A stretch of DNA of 41,077 bases, from assembly GCA_030452025.1 (NCBI GenBank), contig JAKDNC010000001.1, forward strand, positions 1 through 41,077. Direction: 5' to 3'. Position 1 is the stretch's first letter, and each line of letters starts with the position of its first letter. The position numbers and the translations under genes are program-made. Shown here piece after piece: positions 36,571 through 41,077 of the stretch. This DNA comes from Nocardioides sp. Its GTDB lineage: Bacteria; Actinomycetota; Actinomycetes; Propionibacteriales; Nocardioidaceae. The notes below the pieces were generated by a model. The model saw only the letters and a list, made by a program, of their open reading frames with translations. It was not told the DNA's origin and made no database searches.

Positions 36571-37236
36571 TCAGGTGGGGACGTCGACGATGCGATTCTG
36601 GTAGGCCCAGACCGCCGCCTGGAGTCGCGATCGCACGCCGATCTTCGGCATCATCCGAGCGAGGTGTGACTTCACCGTGGAGACCTCCAGAGTGAGCTCG
36701 TCGGCGATCTCGTCGTTCGACATCCCCTGCGCCAGCAGCAGGAGGATGTCGAGCTCGCGGGCGGTGAGCACCTCGGTGGCACACGCGACGACCACGGGCC
36801 TGGTGCCGCGACGGATGACCACCTCGCGCAACACCCGCTTGGTGAGCGAGGTGTCGATGGTGCCATTCCCGGCGGCCACGGAGCGTACGGCGGCGACCAA
36901 CTCCTCCGGCTCGGCGTCCTTGAGCAGGAACCCGGAGGCGCCGGCCTCGAGCGCCCCGAAGAGGTAGTCGTCGATGTCGAAGGTGGTCAGGACCAGGACG
37001 GCGACCGGGTCCTCGACACCGGGCCCGCACAGCTCCCGGGTCGCTGCGATGCCGTCCATTCCCGGCATCCGGATGTCGGTGCACACGACGTCGGCGTGGT
37101 GCGTCCGTGCGGCCTCGACGGCCGCGCGGCCGTCCTCGACGGCGGCGACGACCTCGATGTCTGGCGCCGCGTTCAGCAGCGTGGTCAGCCCGGCCCGCAC
37201 CATCGGCTGGTCGTCGGCGACGACGACCCGGATCAC
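36571..37236 (-). CDS. NarL/LuxR-family response regulator
   Basis: VIRVVVADDQ, DIRMPGMDG, LTTFD, GFLLKD, LTARELDIL..GMSNDEIA. The GTG start at 37236 overlaps the kinase stop. Confidence 0.93.
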   Translation of the reverse strand: MIRVVVADDQPMVRAGLTTLLNAAPDIEVVAAVEDGRAAVEAARTHHADVVCTDIRMPGMDGIAATRELCGPGVEDPVAVLVLTTFDIDDYLFGALEAGASGFLLKDAEPEELVAAVRSVAAGNGTIDTSLTKRVLREVVIRRGTRPVVVACATEVLTARELDILLLLAQGMSNDEIADELTLEVSTVKSHLARMMPKIGVRSRLQAAVWAYQNRIVDVPT

Positions 37237-38552
37237 GTCGGCTCCCCCGTTGACTCCCGGGCTGGCTCCCCCGTCGGCTCCCCCGTCGGCTCCTGCGGGG
37301 CGGCGCGTGGCGTGCGTAGTCGCACCTGCCAACCGTCGTCAGTGGTGGGACCGACCTCGAGCTGGCTGCCGGTCAGCTCGGCTCGCTCACGCATTCCCAC
37401 GAGGCCGAGTCCACCACGGGCCTCGGGGTCGGACATCCGTGGGGCGCGTTCGTTGCGCACCGTGACCACCAGGGCCGCAGGGTCGCGGTCGTCGACCTCG
37501 ATCTCGCAGCGTGCGTCGGGGGCGTGCCGACCGGCGTTCGCCAGCGACTCCTGGACCGTCCGGTACGCCGCCAGCTGGGCCAGCGGCCCGATCCCGACCC
37601 CCGTCGTCCGCCGGTCCGGGTGCTCCAGCACGGTGAGGGTCACGTCCTGGCCGGCCGCGACGACTTCCCTCACCAGAGTGGGGATACCGGCGAGCGTCTC
37701 GGAGCGGACGACGTCCCGGGGTGCGGTCCCGGTCGTGTGCTCGGTCCCGTCGTGGTCGCGGAGGAGCCCGACCAGGTTGCGCAGGTCGCGCAGAACGGCG
37801 GTGCTCTGTCGTCGTACGTCGCCGACTGCGGCTTTGGCGCCGGTCGGGTCGGTGTCGATCTGGGTGGCGATCGCGGCGCTCATCACCGCGATCCCGGTCA
37901 AGTGATGCGCGGCGATGTCGTGGAGCTCGCGCGCCATCGCGGTGCGTTCGCGGGCCACGGCCGCCAGCACGAGCGCGTCATGCTCCCGCTCCAGAGCCCG
38001 CATCCGGTCCTCGCGGGCCGATCGCGACTCCCGGCGGGTCAGCACCAGCGTTGCGACCACCACTGGTGCACCGACCAGCACGACGGCCTGCGCGAGCGCC
38101 GCGAGCACTGCTTCCCCCACCGGTGCGTCGTCGCGCAACCCGGCCACAGTGTGCCCCGCCGCCGCCAGGAGCCCGGCCGCAGTCAACAGGGGCCAGACCC
38201 GCGATGCAGGGCACAGCGTGACCAGGGTGTAGATCGCGATGAGGAGCGCAATCGAGGTCAACCCGATCGCCGCGCCCATCCCGACCGCGGCCCCACACAC
38301 CACCGCTGCAGCGCTCACCCCCGCGACGACCTCAGGGTGCTGACGTCGCCAGGCCAACACGCCTGACTGGACCGCGAGATTGGCCAGCATTGCCCACCAT
38401 GCGGTGTCGCCGACCTCCGGCACTCCGTCCGCAACCGATGGATCGGCGCGGGAAAGCACCGGCAGAAGCAGCACCGTCGCCAGCGTGATGGTCGCGCAGG
38501 CTTCGGCCACCAGCACGTCGCTGCGCGATGGCGTTGCCCGTGGTTGTGTCAT
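37233..38552 (-). CDS. HisKA_3 sensor histidine kinase
   Basis: Transmembrane N-terminus, ERTAMARELHDIAAHHL, YRTVQESLANAGRHA, GLGLVGMRERA. Confidence 0.92.
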   Translation of the reverse strand: MTQPRATPSRSDVLVAEACATITLATVLLLPVLSRADPSVADGVPEVGDTAWWAMLANLAVQSGVLAWRRQHPEVVAGVSAAAVVCGAAVGMGAAIGLTSIALLIAIYTLVTLCPASRVWPLLTAAGLLAAAGHTVAGLRDDAPVGEAVLAALAQAVVLVGAPVVVATLVLTRRESRSAREDRMRALEREHDALVLAAVARERTAMARELHDIAAHHLTGIAVMSAAIATQIDTDPTGAKAAVGDVRRQSTAVLRDLRNLVGLLRDHDGTEHTTGTAPRDVVRSETLAGIPTLVREVVAAGQDVTLTVLEHPDRRTTGVGIGPLAQLAAYRTVQESLANAGRHAPDARCEIEVDDRDPAALVVTVRNERAPRMSDPEARGGLGLVGMRERAELTGSQLEVGPTTDDGWQVRLRTPRAAPQEPTGEPTGEPARESTGEPT

Positions 38553-38627
38553 GGGCGAACGCTATCGGAGGGGGTGGTCGCACCTTGGTCGTTCGGACAC
38601 CGGCTGCCTGGCGGGGCTCTCGTTGTC

Positions 38628-39053
38628 TCAGGCGCCGTGTGCCCGGCCGCGGGCGCACGCGATGAGCGCTTCGAGGTCGAGGCCGTACGACGGACCGGCC
38701 GTCTGCTGGTAGGCCTCCAGGCGGCCTGCTGCTCGTTCGACGAGTCTGGCGGAACCCACGGCGTTGCCGCGTGCCTGGTGGGTCAGGCCCACGCACAGCT
38801 GGGCCAGGCCTTGCCACAGCTCGCGTTCCTCCTCCGGGCACGACTTCCACCGGACCTCGAGGGCTTCGTGTGCCGCGAAGGGACGCCCGTCGTCCAGCAG
38901 CCGGCGTGCGTACGCCAAGGTCGCCTCCGGCGACAGCGGCTCTTCGGAGATCGGCTCGACGCCCGTGGCGCCATAGGGCAAGGGGCGTCCGAGCGCGTCG
39001 CGCGGTCGAGCTTGCTGGGCTCGTCCTTGCTCGTTTCGATCGCGATCAGCCAC
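38628..39053 (-). CDS. DUF309-domain protein
   Basis: RPRDALGRPLPYG, GRPFAAHEALEVRWK, LWQGLAQLCVGLTHQARGN. GTG start at 39053. Confidence 0.85.
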   Translation of the reverse strand: MADRDRNEQGRAQQARPRDALGRPLPYGATGVEPISEEPLSPEATLAYARRLLDDGRPFAAHEALEVRWKSCPEEERELWQGLAQLCVGLTHQARGNAVGSARLVERAAGRLEAYQQTAGPSYGLDLEALIACARGRAHGA

Positions 39054-39536
39054 GGCGGGACTGCTTCGCGAACGGCAGGAGCACGCCGGCAAGGTCACGT
39101 CGCGCACGCATGACCGGTAGAGCCGTCTCCGGGTGGTGGCACGCAAGGACCACTGGTGTTCCCTCCTGCATCCTTCTCCTTCATCGGAGTCTTTGGGCGG
39201 CCCAACCAGGCGCCCCATCATCCTGCCGCCCACCATACGGGCGAGCGGAGGCAACTGAGCCCGGCTGGGACGGTCTTGTTTGGTCTGACTGCCACCAGGA
39301 CGCAAGATCCTCAGCTGTCGTTGGCCAGCCGTTTCCCCTGGAGATCCGGCTCGGGCCAGGCCGAGGAGAACCAGATCTGCCCACCGGCGCCCATCCGCTT
39401 CGATGGGGATCAGATTCCCTAGTGGGGGCCGTCGCTCTCCGCTCGGTTCGACTCTTGGTCTCCTCCGGCCGCCGACGCGACCGCCGGAGCAACTGCTGTG
39501 TGGATCGCTCTTCTCCACATCTTCGTCCTTTGGGTG

Positions 39537-39565
39537 TTGTGCCTATTTTCGAACAGGCGTACGAT
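39537..39565 (+). promoter_or_regulatory. Sigma-A-type promoter TTGTGC-N17-TACGAT overlapped by a LexA box TCGAACAGGCGTACGA (39549-39564)
   Basis: One mismatch to TCGAAC-N4-GTTCGA; 17-bp spacer. Confidence 0.72.
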
Positions 39566-39571
39566 GGACGT

Positions 39572-39706
39572 AGTCCTTCGGGTGAGATACACGAATCGTC
39601 GTGCGAAGCCCGAGGGGTCAGACGCATCCCGGTTACGTAATAGCCCCCGGAGGGCCTCCGGCGTCGCAGTGTCCAAATTCCTGCGATCACCCCTGCGGAG
39701 GCCCCG
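39572..39706 (+). ncRNA. Putative structured 5' leader RNA (copy 2)
   Basis: Same stems as copy 1. Its single difference turns a U-G pair into C-G. Confidence 0.45.
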
Positions 39707-40927
39707 ATGCACCCCATCACCAACAGTCTCACCGCGGTGCACACCGCGCTGGACGGTGCCGGAGACGCCCAGGCGATCTACCTCGACCTGGCAGCAAAGA
39801 AGGAAGCGCTCCGCGAGGTCGTCCGCGCCGAGTCCCGACTGACAGCAATGAAGATGAGCCTCCTGGCCGCCGCCGGCGACGTGGCCGACCAAAGCGCCTA
39901 CAAGACACCGGGGACCTGGCTCGCCGACGACCAGAACCTCGACCCCAGCAAAGCCACCGCACAACAGAACATGGCCCAACGCCTCGAACGCCGGATCCGC
40001 ACCGCGACCGCGCTGGCCACCGGCACACTCAACGCCCAACAGGCAGACGTGATCACCAAAGTCCTCGAAGAGATCGCCGACGAACTCGACACCGAGCAGC
40101 GCATTGCCGCCGAGGAAACCCTGATCACCGAAGCCAAGGAACTCGACCCTCCACAGCTACGAGCCCTGGGCCGCCGACTGGTCGACATCCTCAACCCCGA
40201 GAAGGCCGACGAACGGGAAGCCAAAAGACTCGACGACGAAGAGAAGCATGCCGAGCAGAAGTCACGGTTCAACCTGAAGAAGCTGGGGGACGGAACGACC
40301 AGGATCACTGGCCGGGTCCCCGACGCAGTCGGCCAACGGCTACGCACCTACCTCGAGTCCTTCGCCAGCCCCCGCAAGCAAGCCCTCGAGGCGGACGGGA
40401 AGGCACTGCCCCGGCCGAGGCTGCTGGCCAAAGCGCTCCGCGACCTGCTCGAGCGCATCGACCCCAACCAACTCCCCTTCCACGGCGGCGCCCCCACCAC
40501 CGTGATGGTCACCATCACCCTGGACCAACTCCGCAAAGAACTCGCCACAGCCGACATCATCTACGACGACCAAGACCTCGCCATGACCGCAGGCCAGATA
40601 CGACGCCTCCTATGCGAAGCCGAAGTCCTCCCCGTCATCCTCAACGGAGCCTCCCAACCACTCGACGTCGGGCGCACGCAACGATTCCACAACGTCGTCC
40701 AGAGGCGACTGATCTGCCTACGGGACAAAACCTGCAAAGCCAAAGGCTGCCACGTCCCCTCGGTCTGGTGCCACATCCACCACGAGATCCCCTGGGCAGC
40801 CGGCGGAAGCACCTCAGTCAAACAAGGCATGCCCCTGTGCCCCCACCACCACACCATCGTCCACGACCCGGCCTACCACCACGAGAAGAACAGCAACGGC
40901 GACATCCTCTTCCACAAACGCACATAG
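39707..40927 (+). CDS. DUF222-domain HNH endonuclease, copy 2 (identical protein)
   Basis: 406-aa translation identical to 28213-29433. Confidence 0.92.
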   Translation: MHPITNSLTAVHTALDGAGDAQAIYLDLAAKKEALREVVRAESRLTAMKMSLLAAAGDVADQSAYKTPGTWLADDQNLDPSKATAQQNMAQRLERRIRTATALATGTLNAQQADVITKVLEEIADELDTEQRIAAEETLITEAKELDPPQLRALGRRLVDILNPEKADEREAKRLDDEEKHAEQKSRFNLKKLGDGTTRITGRVPDAVGQRLRTYLESFASPRKQALEADGKALPRPRLLAKALRDLLERIDPNQLPFHGGAPTTVMVTITLDQLRKELATADIIYDDQDLAMTAGQIRRLLCEAEVLPVILNGASQPLDVGRTQRFHNVVQRRLICLRDKTCKAKGCHVPSVWCHIHHEIPWAAGGSTSVKQGMPLCPHHHTIVHDPAYHHEKNSNGDILFHKRT

Positions 40928-41077
40928 CCTCCGCAACACGGACGACGGATGCCCCACACCCAACTTCAAGCGCGCCCCAACCAGCACGCCACCAAGACGC
41001 ATCCCGAGCCCGAACCCCGCGGCCGGACCCCGGGACTTGACCCGCGGCCGCGCCGAACCACGACACCGTGCATCTCG

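Larger units (their letters stand above)
39509..41077 (+). mobile_element. DUF222/HNH (13E12-like) repeat element, copy 2; runs off the window end
   Basis: Direct repeat of 28015-29583. Confidence 0.85.

Noticed and set aside
37238-37293. 12-bp tandem repeats encoding EPTGEPTGEPARESTGEPT at the kinase C-terminus
   Set aside because: In-frame low-complexity tail; not a CRISPR array or frameshifting repeat.
39441-39458. GGTTCGACTC, resembling a tRNA T-loop (possible att site) near the left end of copy 2
   Set aside because: The flanking bases do not form a T-stem, and no acceptor, anticodon or D arm can be built.
1-41077. CRISPR array, rRNA, tRNA, integrase or classical IS transposase
   Set aside because: None recognisable on either strand.

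Overview
High-GC actinobacterial (Nocardioides-like) chromosomal window with four parts. (1) 1-16.4 kb: the 5' end of fbiC (F420 precursor synthase) is divergent from a PucR-family regulator. Next to them is a minus-strand catabolic cluster: three-subunit molybdenum hydroxylase, CoxG, NCS1 permease, pxpABC-like ATP-dependent lactamase, LLM (probably F420-dependent) oxidoreductase, two-subunit CoA-transferase and a YcsG/NRAMP transporter. A LysR/diaminopropionate ammonia-lyase pair follows. (2) 16.6-16.9 kb: a decayed type IV (AbiEi/AbiEii-like) toxin-antitoxin remnant that the ORF track does not show. (3) 16.9-27.9 kb: a HAAT ABC importer and a partial 3-hydroxyanthranilate meta-cleavage cluster (nbaE-G-F-C-D), with a divergent arylformamidase-like hydrolase and a LysR. 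(4) 28.0-41.1 kb: two near-identical direct copies, 11,494 bp apart, of a >=1.57 kb DUF222/HNH element. Each copy has a sigma-A-like promoter overlapped by an SOS box, a structured ~135 nt leader that can occlude the RBS, and a 12-bp direct repeat bracketing the ORF. Between the copies lie a PepSY/two-component module, a Fic pseudogene, an ABC exporter/two-component module and DUF309. The best candidates for an undescribed system are the transposase-free DUF222-HNH element with its structured RNA and the PucR/F420/molybdenum-hydroxylase N-heterocycle pathway. All product calls come from motif recognition by eye; no database search was run.
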